Source: Gammaproteobacteria bacterium
Lineage (GTDB): Bacteria; Pseudomonadota; Gammaproteobacteria; SG8-11
Direction of reading: 5' to 3'
Assembly (NCBI GenBank): GCA_031370545.1
Contig: JANMQQ010000036.1
Location: 1 to 52,499 of the forward strand
DNA length: 52,499 nucleotides
Positions 8,053 through 16,981 of the stretch are shown here, piece by piece (the stretch's first letter is position 1; every line of letters begins with the position of its first letter). The notes beneath the pieces were generated by a model. It was given only the letters and a program-made list of their open reading frames with translations. It searched no databases and was not told the DNA's origin. Made by a program: the position numbers and the translations under genes.

Positions 8053-9660
8053 CTACTGACTGACTCCGGCCAACCGCAAAGCACGCTGAATTTCCTCTGT
8101 TGCCGCTAACATCAGACTAATCGCTTCGGGATAGTTTCCAGCCTTGGCTTTTCCATCCGCTTCAGTTTTGCGCGCCCGTCCCTTCACTACATAAGTATCC
8201 ATTAATTTCACCACCGCCTCAGCAGGTTTCTTTTCTTCAAGTGCAACCGGAATCAACTCCTCATAACTTATGAACCGTTTACGTTCATATTCGTATTCAT
8301 CCGCAGGTGACTCGAAATTTAAATCATAGACGATGGTTTGGGCATTAAGCATCGCCTGGATCGCCTGCGTAACCAAGCGCTCGGCTTTAACAAGCAATTG
8401 TGTTGCCTTTTCGTGCTGCCCCTTATCACTCAGCGCATGGGCATCGCTGGCCAAGCCATCGACTTTGACGTGATCATAATCTACTGCCGCTGCAGCGCCA
8501 CGCTTCTTCACTGTGCGCTCAAAACTCCGTTTGTGCGAGTCCTGGAAATTCTTCAGGGTGTCTAACGCTTCGACGTAACGTCCACGTTGAAGCTTGGCCG
8601 CTTCTTCATTCGAAGTCGAACGCGTTGCGGCGGTGACAAGCTTTAACGCCTCTTCGGCGAGGGCCAGCGCTTGACTATTATGCCCATTGCCCAATTCTTG
8701 ACGTGCGGCTTGCACCTTACTAGTCGCACTGGAAAGAGCACTTTTTGCAGATTCGTTATCCCCTTCGGCTACCGCTTTGGTGGATTTTGACTGCAACATT
8801 AATTCAGCCAGCATGAGTTTCTGCTTGGCCGTATCACTAACATTGACTCTGGGGCCACTGGAAATTCCGGCGGCAACCTCCGGCGTATCTGCGATGCTTG
8901 TGGCCAATAACCGATTAATTTCAGCGCTCGATGCTGTCTTGTTCACTACCGCAACTTTGCCACCCATCGAGCTGTGATTACGGCATTGGTAATAAACAAT
9001 GTCAGGCGTGCTTTCCGTTGGCGACACTACGATAAGACCGCGGTAGGTAAACTGACCCTTTATTCCTTCGGTCACCGTTCCGCCACCCCATCCCATCGGA
9101 CTGGTCGAAAAATAGACGTCATGGAGCGGATTGGTTTGTACATCAAATTCGTAAACTTCCCCGCGCTTCAAAACCACAGACTTGCCTGGAACATTGTCGA
9201 GCAGGAAACCCAAATGATGCCCTTTGCCAAAATTGGGGTGCGCAGGTGTTTTCTCAGCCACAGTAATCACAAAATGATTCGGCCCCTTTTTAGGGATCGG
9301 AGTAGGCGTTGGAAAGAGCGTTGCGGTCGGAACCGGAGCGACTAAGGGCGACGCAACAGGAACCTTAGTTATTAAGGGTGGGGGGGCAACCACCGCCGCA
9401 GGCTTCATCTCGACCGCAGGCGGGTTGGGATCGACGACCACCGGTTCGGGCGCCTTTTGTGCAACCGATTTCTCCGCCACACCGGTTTTATCGACGGATG
9501 TTGATCCAGGGGCTTCCTGCTTCTGCTGTGTGACTGGGGGAGATTCAGGAGTTACTTGCGCAGCGGCAGCTTCCTTCTTGGTCGTCGCTGGGGTACCGCA
9601 GCCCGCGATGAATCCCACAACTATCGCTGCCAATAATAAAGTATTGCTGGCTCGACGCAT
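8053..9660 (-). CDS. Lipoprotein with cupredoxin (type-1 blue copper) domain and long helical C-terminal domain
   Basis: Lipobox MRRASNTLLLAAIVVGFIAGC|G. I prefer the start at 9660 (AAGGTG 8 nt upstream) over the ORF-track start at 9681. A roughly 110-aa Pro/Ala/Val linker follows, then a cupredoxin-like core with His in NPLHDVYF (9121-9123) and YYQCRNHSSMGGKVAVVN (Cys-x2-His-x2-Met, 8965-8985). The last roughly 290 aa are Ala/Lys/Glu-rich and helical. Confidence 0.75.
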   Translation of the reverse strand: MRRASNTLLLAAIVVGFIAGCGTPATTKKEAAAAQVTPESPPVTQQKQEAPGSTSVDKTGVAEKSVAQKAPEPVVVDPNPPAVEMKPAAVVAPPPLITKVPVASPLVAPVPTATLFPTPTPIPKKGPNHFVITVAEKTPAHPNFGKGHHLGFLLDNVPGKSVVLKRGEVYEFDVQTNPLHDVYFSTSPMGWGGGTVTEGIKGQFTYRGLIVVSPTESTPDIVYYQCRNHSSMGGKVAVVNKTASSAEINRLLATSIADTPEVAAGISSGPRVNVSDTAKQKLMLAELMLQSKSTKAVAEGDNESAKSALSSATSKVQAARQELGNGHNSQALALAEEALKLVTAATRSTSNEEAAKLQRGRYVEALDTLKNFQDSHKRSFERTVKKRGAAAAVDYDHVKVDGLASDAHALSDKGQHEKATQLLVKAERLVTQAIQAMLNAQTIVYDLNFESPADEYEYERKRFISYEELIPVALEEKKPAEAVVKLMDTYVVKGRARKTEADGKAKAGNYPEAISLMLAATEEIQRALRLAGVSQ

Positions 9661-9801
9661 TGATTCACACCTTCGACGCATGATTGATATGAAATTTATA
9701 ATCGAGCAATTCCTCCCCTGCGATGAGCAAATTCACAATCGTATGCTCATAACGCAGACGGGTGCGCGAACGCACCCGTACTGACTCCTAATCTTAGGAA
9801 A

Positions 9802-10479
9802 TTAGCGCCACGGATTTTTTACGCTCGCGGAACTGAGCGGCGGCTTCCAGTCATCCGGCTTTGGTTTGGAATGGCATTTTTTGCAGGACAGCGTGGTGAT
9901 TGGAAATGATACCTTGCCGTGGCATACGCCGCATTTTTGTCCGAGCAATATCGCCGACATATTGATCTGGTTTGCGCCCTTCTGCGGAATAAAAATCTTC
10001 GGATGGCAATTGGAACAATGCAACCATTGCGTATGCGGCTTATGCGGAAAAACGACGTCGGGCATGGACGCCTTGACTTCCCGAACGATATCTAAATCCA
10101 TCACGAGCGCTTCGACACTGGGATCAACACGATCATAGCGAGGATTCAGAAAGCCTTTTTGCAGCGCCTGCACCCAGTCGACATAGTTGCCGAACTCTGT
10201 TGTGGGCAACCCCTCGTAAGAAACCAACGGGGGCTGCAACACATGACTACCTTCGTTATCCGGATCATGGATACCGTCTTCCGGAGGCGGAGCGTTCCTT
10301 TGCTTGGGCTTCTTCAACAAACGATTAAACACATTCGCGGTACTAACTTTATTTGCGTCCGAATCAACTTCCTTTAACTCCATAGATTTCTTGGTCGCTT
10401 GCGTTTCAGCTGCCACTGCACCTGCGGCAGGCACCGTTGCAGCTATCAGTATCACTATCGTTTTAACAATGCTGTTCAT
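9802..10479 (-). CDS. Periplasmic c7-type trihaem cytochrome (paralogue B)
   Basis: 225-aa ORF with signal MNSIVKTIVILIAATVPAAGAVA. It has CSNCH, CGVCH and CKKCH in the same c7 pattern (VVFPHKPH..). It shares the N-terminal EDGIHD...LQPP...W[VD]..L.KG..NPR module with the 7475-8035 product. Confidence 0.85.
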   Translation of the reverse strand: MNSIVKTIVILIAATVPAAGAVAAETQATKKSMELKEVDSDANKVSTANVFNRLLKKPKQRNAPPPEDGIHDPDNEGSHVLQPPLVSYEGLPTTEFGNYVDWVQALQKGFLNPRYDRVDPSVEALVMDLDIVREVKASMPDVVFPHKPHTQWLHCSNCHPKIFIPQKGANQINMSAILLGQKCGVCHGKVSFPITTLSCKKCHSKPKPDDWKPPLSSASVKNPWR

Positions 10480-10518
10480 GACATTTTCCTTCCCCGAATT
10501 CTATTTTCTGCCGAACCA

Positions 10519-10995
10519 CTATTTAGCGGGCTTCGCGTCGCTCTTATCCGCAGGTTTATCCTGCGCATCAGCAGGCTTGCTGTCTTGTAACGACTTATAC
10601 GCAGGGGCCACCAAACGTTGCACGGTGCTGCCGTGAATTTGCGTCGGCGTGCCGGGGATACCGGAATGGCACATCCCGCAGTTTTCTACGGACCAGGAAA
10701 TCTCACCGTTATGGCAAGCACCACAGAATTGCCCGTCGATAATTTTGGCCATGGTGATTTTGTTACCACCCGCCTTGAACTGAAAGCCCAGATCAGCGTG
10801 GCACACTTTGCAGCGAAACCGAATGCGATGATACCAATGCGGAAACACCACTGGCCGCATGCCGGCAGCATCGGCATAATTATTAATGACAACATCCGCG
10901 TACTCGGCTTGCGCCGAGACAGGCACAAACAATCCAGCGACGCCCGCAAACACCGCCAGCGCCAACCACCACTCCTTAGTCTTTTTGATATTCAT
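10519..10995 (-). CDS. Periplasmic c7-type trihaem cytochrome (paralogue A, short form)
   Basis: I moved the start to ATG 10995 (MNIKKTKEWWLALAVFAGVAGLFVPVSAQA, with GGAGAGAG upstream). It has CKVCH, CGACH and CGMCH with VVFPHWYH. The C-terminal tail is Lys/Asp/Ala/Pro-rich. Confidence 0.85.
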   Translation of the reverse strand: MNIKKTKEWWLALAVFAGVAGLFVPVSAQAEYADVVINNYADAAGMRPVVFPHWYHRIRFRCKVCHADLGFQFKAGGNKITMAKIIDGQFCGACHNGEISWSVENCGMCHSGIPGTPTQIHGSTVQRLVAPAYKSLQDSKPADAQDKPADKSDAKPAK

Positions 10996-11058
10996 AGCCA
11001 CTCTCTCTCCCCGAAAAAACACTCTTAGTATGTGAAAGCGCACCGATAGTACAACAGC

Positions 11059-12963
11059 TCAAAAACTTCGTACAGCCTGGAAAGTCATCGAATATGCGCG
11101 TTGCCCAGGGCCAGCGTCGGTTACGCGTGCAGCTAAATTTAATGCTAGCAGACCAATCCGATACGAGAGCGAGTTATCCCAGTCCTTTGAGGCTGTGGAC
11201 TGAGTACGCTCGTCTTTCAATAATGTGGGTACCGATAATCGGGAATTAAATAACAAGCCGTGTACACCTAAAAAACGGCTATGAACATAGCCAAAATTAG
11301 CGGAAGCTGCCTTGCTGGTTTTACCGATATCGTTGATCGGAGAATTATTCGTGTTGTCAGTAGCTTCCCTATCCGGTGTACTGGCACGGCTTGCCTGGAA
11401 ACTCACACTACCTGATAGACTGCTCAACCTTGACAATTCTTGATTTCGCGCCAGTTGCGCACTCAAGACTTGAGACGCACTGGTTTGTCGCCCAAAGCTT
11501 CGCGAGTCAGATAACGATGTGCCAGCGCTAGTGCTCCCACCGAATCCGGAGTGATTCCACCCCAACGACATCGAACTTGAAAACGAACGACCTATATAGT
11601 CGGAATCACTGGACTTGGAACCTGACGCATTCTGCCCAAACGAAACGTTCATTCCAGCGTTGCGCCCCAAACTTATTGAACGTCCCAGTTGATGTGACGC
11701 ACTGACGCTAACGGAGCGCTGACTCTTTGTTTCCGTCACTGAAGCTCCGCTGCCTTCCACTGGGGTAGTTTCGCTACGACTCACACTGTTACTTACGCCA
11801 ACCCCGACATTCCAACCGTAGTCAAAACCGAAAATTCGATACTGGTCGGACGGAAGACTCGTTGAGAGTGACTGCGTGGAACTGACAGATTGACTACCTC
11901 CCGCATCAGCCACGCTCACACCCACGCCGCCGTTAACAATAAAGTTGTGCGCGAATTGGTAGGATGCGCTCGCATTTGTTGAAACACCTCGCGACGCCGC
12001 CCCGGACAACACCGTATAAATAAGGGCACCGCCACTAATATTGTAAGGTCGGTGTTCAGGTCGCCAGTAGAATGAACTTGATACTTGTTCATAAGCTGTG
12101 CGGAATGTTTCGGTACCCCCCCCGGTAGACGCTGCCCCGGAATAACTGGCGATGGAATTTACTCCCACTTCCCCCGAAGGGAAATAACTGTGGCTCAGCA
12201 AAAGGTTGGAGCTAGTACTTGTAATATCGGACTGCGCGGGATCGTTTTCGAAATACCCGCCCCCTAATCCAAAATCGTGGTACGGCACCCGTTTTCGAAT
12301 TTGAAACCCAAGTGATCGGTCGACTGAATTACCAGTTTGATAGCTCGCTGAACCCGTGTTGTGATCAAACCAAGCGTTTATATTGGTGCCATCTAATGTG
12401 TTGTAAGTTTGGCGGATATAAAATCGACGTGTCTGAGAGCTTTGTCCGTTTAACAACGCGCTGTTGCTGTCCTGCCGACTATCCGACTGCGCAAATCCAA
12501 AGTTAGTGGGAAACCGGCTCTCTGGAAACAAAGTAAGATCCACGCTGCCGCTCAGAGATTTTGAAGTAGCCTCAGAACTAACACTGCTGCCTGATCGACC
12601 TAGGCCCAGTCCAACACCCGCACCCATAGTTAAAAACCAAGGCTGCCAGAAGTATCCGCCACCGTTCAGACTTAGAGTTACATTTGACTGCTCTGATTCT
12701 GAATCAGCAATGCGCGAGTAACCGTAGCCATAACTCAAACTGCCGCCAAGGCCGGTGGGAATAAAATATTCCGCATGAACTTCGCTAGGCGAAGCGTATG
12801 AAAATAGCGCGACAACACCCGCAGTCACTAACGACCGAGCACGGGAAACATCCGTAGAGTAACGGCGCAATTGATGTGACAACAGCACTGAACCCCCGAC
12901 CCCTAGACCTACGTTACACGGACGACTGCGCGCTCGCGGGGAACCGAAGCGGCGCACCAGCAT
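11059..12963 (-). CDS. Large outer-membrane beta-barrel protein (putative porin component of the redox operon)
   Basis: 634-aa ORF that is very Ser/Gly/Tyr/Asn-rich with alternating patterns. It has no CxxCH and no long hydrophobic helix after the signal-like ...LVTAGVVALFSYASPSEVHA. The C-terminus YSMTFQAVRSF ends in Phe, like an OMP beta-signal. The true start may be the GTG at 12888. Confidence 0.6.
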   Translation of the reverse strand: MLVRRFGSPRARSRPCNVGLGVGGSVLLSHQLRRYSTDVSRARSLVTAGVVALFSYASPSEVHAEYFIPTGLGGSLSYGYGYSRIADSESEQSNVTLSLNGGGYFWQPWFLTMGAGVGLGLGRSGSSVSSEATSKSLSGSVDLTLFPESRFPTNFGFAQSDSRQDSNSALLNGQSSQTRRFYIRQTYNTLDGTNINAWFDHNTGSASYQTGNSVDRSLGFQIRKRVPYHDFGLGGGYFENDPAQSDITSTSSNLLLSHSYFPSGEVGVNSIASYSGAASTGGGTETFRTAYEQVSSSFYWRPEHRPYNISGGALIYTVLSGAASRGVSTNASASYQFAHNFIVNGGVGVSVADAGGSQSVSSTQSLSTSLPSDQYRIFGFDYGWNVGVGVSNSVSRSETTPVEGSGASVTETKSQRSVSVSASHQLGRSISLGRNAGMNVSFGQNASGSKSSDSDYIGRSFSSSMSLGWNHSGFGGSTSAGTSLSDSRSFGRQTSASQVLSAQLARNQELSRLSSLSGSVSFQASRASTPDREATDNTNNSPINDIGKTSKAASANFGYVHSRFLGVHGLLFNSRLSVPTLLKDERTQSTASKDWDNSLSYRIGLLALNLAARVTDAGPGQRAYSMTFQAVRSF

Positions 12964-13042
12964 ATCGACTACGTCGCGACTGACTCATGGAATAAAACAT
13001 GATGTACTTGGCCCTCCCGCCACCCCGTCCCCGAACCAACAT

Positions 13043-13072
13043 ATTATGAATAACGACTTTTCTTGAGTGTAA
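13043..13072 (-). promoter_or_regulatory. Candidate sigma70 promoter for the redox operon
   Basis: On the minus strand the sequence reads TTACAC-N18-CATAAT, in the 144-nt gap between the lnt stop and the barrel ORF. This is pattern match only. Confidence 0.25.
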
Positions 13073-13107
13073 GCCACCGTCGTTCGCGGTGTAAACCGTT
13101 GGCGCGC

Positions 13108-14616
13108 TCAGACAACTTGTTGCGGACGCATTCGAGCAACAAACAAAATCATCATCATCATGAATAACAGTGGCGCGATGAGTGCTACGTTTCCAAATCG
13201 CGCATAGGGCGTCGCACCCTGCATCGGCTGCACGTTCGCACGCAACACAACCGCTTCGAATTGCGGAGCTTGTGCTATTGAACGACCGCGATGATCAATC
13301 ACCGCAGTCACTCCAGTATTGGTGGCGCGCAACATCGGTCGTTGTGTTTCTATGGAACGCATACGTGCAATCTGCAAGTGTTGATGTGGCGCCATTGAAT
13401 TACCAAACCACGCGTCGTTACTCGTATTGATCAGCACGGCAGCGCTCGGCAAGGCGTTGATGACTTCCTCGCCGAAGGCATCTTCGTAGCAAATCGACAC
13501 GCCCATTGCGTACCCTGCGAGCTTTACAACTGGAGAACTGGGCTGAGTACTGAAGTCAGGCAGTGGCACCTGCATGAATTCCATCAGCCCACCGAGCATC
13601 GCGGCGAACGGAATGTACTCACCAAAAGGGACCAGGTGTTGTTTTGAATAAATCTGCTCGGGACCACCCACACTCACCATGCTGTTGTAGTACTGCTGGG
13701 TACGCGCGTTCATCACCGGCATACCAATAAACACATCGGTTCCGGCATTGCGCGCCTCTTCACCCAACTTAGTCAGAAATTCCTGCGCTTGATGGTAGAA
13801 CACCGGTAACGCGGTTTCCGGCCAGATGATCAAGTCGCTGCCCCAGTTCAGTCGTGTGTTCTCGACGTACCAGTCGATGGTGGGTTGACGTTGCTCCGGC
13901 TGCCATTTGATATCTTGCGAAACATTGCCCTGCAGCAGCGCTACCTTGATTGGCGCGCCCGCAGGCGTCGCCCATTCAATTGACGCTAAAGCCGCTATGC
14001 CCACGGTCAGCACCACAACACTGGGCAACACAACTTTCAATACATTGGCGCGCTGCGCAAATGCGATTAGCGCCGCCAAAAAACTCACCGCCCACGAAAC
14101 GCCGTAGACACCCAAGATTGGCGCGATGCCAGCCAGCGGAGAATCCACCTGGCTATATCCGACAGCCAACCAGGGAAAACCGGTAAATATCCAGCCCCGG
14201 CACCATTCACCCAGCGTCCACAACGCAGATACTGCCAGCGCGTTACTCCACAACGCTGCGGGCTGTCGAAAATAGCGCACTAATAGCCATCCGCTGACGG
14301 CCGGAAACAACGCCAGGAATAGCACAAATGCCAATGTCAACAACGCGCCCACCGGCGCCGACACGCCACCGAAATCATGCATGCTGACGTAGACCCAACT
14401 AACACCGACGCCGAACATTCCGACGCCAAACAAGAAGCCGCTCCGAAACGCTTCGCGCGTAGACGCGTGGCGCCACACAAAAAACAACGCGGCGAGACTC
14501 ATAAAAATAAGCGGGTAAAAATCGAAGGGGGCAAACGCCAACGGAACGATTAATCCCGCTGCGGTTGCCAGAGCATAACGTCGTTGTGACGTTGACAGCA
14601 GGGTGTCGAGATTCAC
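13108..14616 (-). CDS. lnt: Apolipoprotein N-acyltransferase
   Basis: 502-aa ORF with a multi-TM N-terminal half, then a CN-hydrolase domain (WPETA..., ...GVSICYEDAF...). It lies in the conserved position after corC. Confidence 0.9.
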   Translation of the reverse strand: MNLDTLLSTSQRRYALATAAGLIVPLAFAPFDFYPLIFMSLAALFFVWRHASTREAFRSGFLFGVGMFGVGVSWVYVSMHDFGGVSAPVGALLTLAFVLFLALFPAVSGWLLVRYFRQPAALWSNALAVSALWTLGEWCRGWIFTGFPWLAVGYSQVDSPLAGIAPILGVYGVSWAVSFLAALIAFAQRANVLKVVLPSVVVLTVGIAALASIEWATPAGAPIKVALLQGNVSQDIKWQPEQRQPTIDWYVENTRLNWGSDLIIWPETALPVFYHQAQEFLTKLGEEARNAGTDVFIGMPVMNARTQQYYNSMVSVGGPEQIYSKQHLVPFGEYIPFAAMLGGLMEFMQVPLPDFSTQPSSPVVKLAGYAMGVSICYEDAFGEEVINALPSAAVLINTSNDAWFGNSMAPHQHLQIARMRSIETQRPMLRATNTGVTAVIDHRGRSIAQAPQFEAVVLRANVQPMQGATPYARFGNVALIAPLLFMMMMILFVARMRPQQVV

Positions 14617-14625
14617 GTGGGTGGC

Positions 14626-15501
14626 TTACGGAGCGCCATCGGCGGAATGCGCGCGTGTGACTTGTAACAATTGAATACGACGACTATCGGCGCGCAGCAC
14701 CTTGAATTGAAACGCTCCGAACGTGACCACTTCGCCACGCTTCGGAACGCGGCCAAATTCATTGGTCACCAAGCCGCCCACGGTGTCGAATTCGTCATCA
14801 CCAAATCCGGCGCCAACTTCCAGATTGAAGTCTTCAATCGGCGTGATGCCCTTCACCGTGAAGCGCGCATCGCTGACTTTTACGATGTTCGCGTCATCGT
14901 CGATATCGTGCTCGTCTTCAATCTCACCGACGATTTCTTCCAGCACGTCTTCGATCGTGACTAATCCCGCGACGCCACCGTACTCATCGACAACAATCGC
15001 CATGTGATTGCGGCTGGTGCGAAATTCGCGCAGCAACATGTTGAGCCGTTTGCTTTCCGGAATGAACACGGCCGGGCGCAACACATCGCGCAGATTGAAG
15101 TCGTTCTCTCCAGGCGCTGCAAAATAGGTCAGCAGATCCTTCGCGAGCAGGATTCCAATCACCTCATCCTTGTTGTCCCCGATCACCGGAAAGCGTGAGT
15201 GCGCCGACTCAACCACAATCGGAACGATATCCTCCGGCGCTTTATCGTGCTCGATGACCACCATTTGCGCGCGCGGAATCATGACGTCGCGCACTTGCAT
15301 TTCGGAAACTTCCAGCACGCCTTCAATCATCACCAAGGCGTAAGGGTCCAGCAGCTGACGCTGCTCGGCATCGCGCAGCAACTCCATGAGCTGATCGCGA
15401 TCTCTAGGCTCGCGCGAAAGCCGGTCGCCGATACGCTCCAGCCAGGAGCGCTGCGTTTTCTCACCGTAGCTGGCGCTGGACTCCAATTCGTCGTCGCTCA
15501 T
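14626..15501 (-). CDS. corC: CBS-pair / CorC_HlyC domain magnesium-cobalt efflux-type protein
   Basis: I moved the start to ATG 15501 (MSDDELESS...), which overlaps the ybeY stop as ATGA. It has CBS-domain sequence ([14 protein letters not shown]...) and a C-terminal transporter-associated domain. Confidence 0.9.
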   Translation of the reverse strand: MSDDELESSASYGEKTQRSWLERIGDRLSREPRDRDQLMELLRDAEQRQLLDPYALVMIEGVLEVSEMQVRDVMIPRAQMVVIEHDKAPEDIVPIVVESAHSRFPVIGDNKDEVIGILLAKDLLTYFAAPGENDFNLRDVLRPAVFIPESKRLNMLLREFRTSRNHMAIVVDEYGGVAGLVTIEDVLEEIVGEIEDEHDIDDDANIVKVSDARFTVKGITPIEDFNLEVGAGFGDDEFDTVGGLVTNEFGRVPKRGEVVTFGAFQFKVLRADSRRIQLLQVTRAHSADGAP

Positions 15502-15983
15502 TTTTTCTTCACGCTGTGCATTGTTAACTCGGCATAGGGGTTGGCAAATCCCAATGCTTCCAGAATCTCGATCTCGAGCGCCTCCATCACGCGCGCCTCG
15601 CGCACCGCCTGATGATCGTAGCCCAACAAATGTAAACACCCGTGCACCGTCATGTGCGCCCAGTGCGCTTGCGCAGGCTTGTGTTGCTCGCGCGCCTCGC
15701 GCAGCACCACCGGCGCGCAGATGACCAAGTCGCCGAGTAGCGGTACCGGCACCTCTGGACTGAGCTGCGCAGCAAAAGATAACACGTTGGTGGGGCCGCG
15801 CTTACCACGGTAGGTGTGATTTAAATAGGCGCTTTCTTCCTCGCCGACCACTCGTAGTGCGAGCTCCGCATCGCGGCGACGCGGTGCCAAGGCAGCTCGC
15901 ACCCAGATCCGGAACTCACGCGCCAGCGGCACAGCCGAAGCGGCGATACCCGCCGCGCGCTGGATATCCACTTTGATACTCAT
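15498..15983 (-). CDS. ybeY: rRNA maturation endoribonuclease YbeY
   Basis: 161-aa ORF with the metal-binding motif [11 protein letters not shown]. It overlaps the ybeZ stop. Confidence 0.9.
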   Translation of the reverse strand: MSIKVDIQRAAGIAASAVPLAREFRIWVRAALAPRRRDAELALRVVGEEESAYLNHTYRGKRGPTNVLSFAAQLSPEVPVPLLGDLVICAPVVLREAREQHKPAQAHWAHMTVHGCLHLLGYDHQAVREARVMEALEIEILEALGFANPYAELTMHSVKKK

Positions 15984-16981
15984 CGACCCGGGCTTGTGTC
16001 ATAACCCGCGCCCTTTTCATAATCATCGTACGCATCGACAATGCGCTGGATCAGCGGGTGACGCACCACATCGCGAGAATCAAAAAATGTAAAGCTAATA
16101 CCCTCGACCTGCCGCAACACTTTAGTGACTTGCAACAGGCCGGACGGCGTCGCGCGTGGCAAATCGACCTGGGTCACATCACCGGTCACCACGGCAGTGG
16201 AATTAAATCCGATGCGCGTCAGAAACATTTTCATTTGTTCAACGGTGGTGTTTTGCGCTTCGTCGAGAATAATAAATGCGTCGTTCAAGGTGCGGCCGCG
16301 CATATACGCCAACGGCGCGACTTCGATGACATTGCGCTCGATCAGCTTGGCCACATGCTCGAAACCGAGCAGTTCATACAACGCGTCATATAGTGGTCGC
16401 AGATAGGGGTCAATTTTTTGCGTCAAATCGCCAGGCAAAAATCCCAGGCGCTCACCCGCTTCAACTGCCGGGCGCACCAGCACCAGTCGTTGTACCTGAT
16501 CACGTTGCAGCGCATCCACAGCGCAGGCGACTGCAAGGTACGTCTTGCCAGTACCTGCCGGGCCAACGCCGAAATTAATATCGTGCGCCCGGATGTTGTT
16601 CAAATATCGGTTTTGCGCCGCACCACGCCCGGTCACCAAGCCGTGTTTCGTGTGTATGACAACAGGCTCGTCCATCACGGCGTTATTCGCCTTGTTCATA
16701 CCCGCCTCCTGCAAAAGCAAATGCACCATGTTGGGCGTGAGTTGTTGGGTAGCGGATTGATCGTAAAGCGTGCTGAGAATATGCGATGCCGCGTGCACCG
16801 ATTCACTTTCGCCGCTGACATGCAATGCGTCTTCGCGTAATTGAATTTTGACGCCCAGACGATGTTCGATTTGTCGCAGGTGCTCATCAAATTTGCCAAA
16901 CAGATTCGCCAACCGACCGTTATCGGATGGAGTCAAGACCAGGTCGTTTGAAATAAGTGCGTGCGACAAGGGAGTCAACAC
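15980..16981 (-). CDS. ybeZ: PhoH-like ATPase
   Basis: 333-aa ORF with Walker [13 protein letters not shown] and the PhoH-like motifs LRPLYDAL / ILDEAQN. It lies between miaB and ybeY. Confidence 0.9.
   Translation of the reverse strand: MLTPLSHALISNDLVLTPSDNGRLANLFGKFDEHLRQIEHRLGVKIQLREDALHVSGESESVHAASHILSTLYDQSATQQLTPNMVHLLLQEAGMNKANNAVMDEPVVIHTKHGLVTGRGAAQNRYLNNIRAHDINFGVGPAGTGKTYLAVACAVDALQRDQVQRLVLVRPAVEAGERLGFLPGDLTQKIDPYLRPLYDALYELLGFEHVAKLIERNVIEVAPLAYMRGRTLNDAFIILDEAQNTTVEQMKMFLTRIGFNSTAVVTGDVTQVDLPRATPSGLLQVTKVLRQVEGISFTFFDSRDVVRHPLIQRIVDAYDDYEKGAGYDTSPGR

Noticed and set aside
15502-15639. N-terminal extensions given by the ORF track for corC (and likewise miaB to 18378, folA to 40954, lgt to 42947, the RIO kinase from 42910, and the REC-GGDEF gene from 18317)
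   Set aside because: The extensions overlap the preceding gene or lack homology-like sequence. Internal ATGs give canonical N-termini, stop/start overlaps or an RBS.
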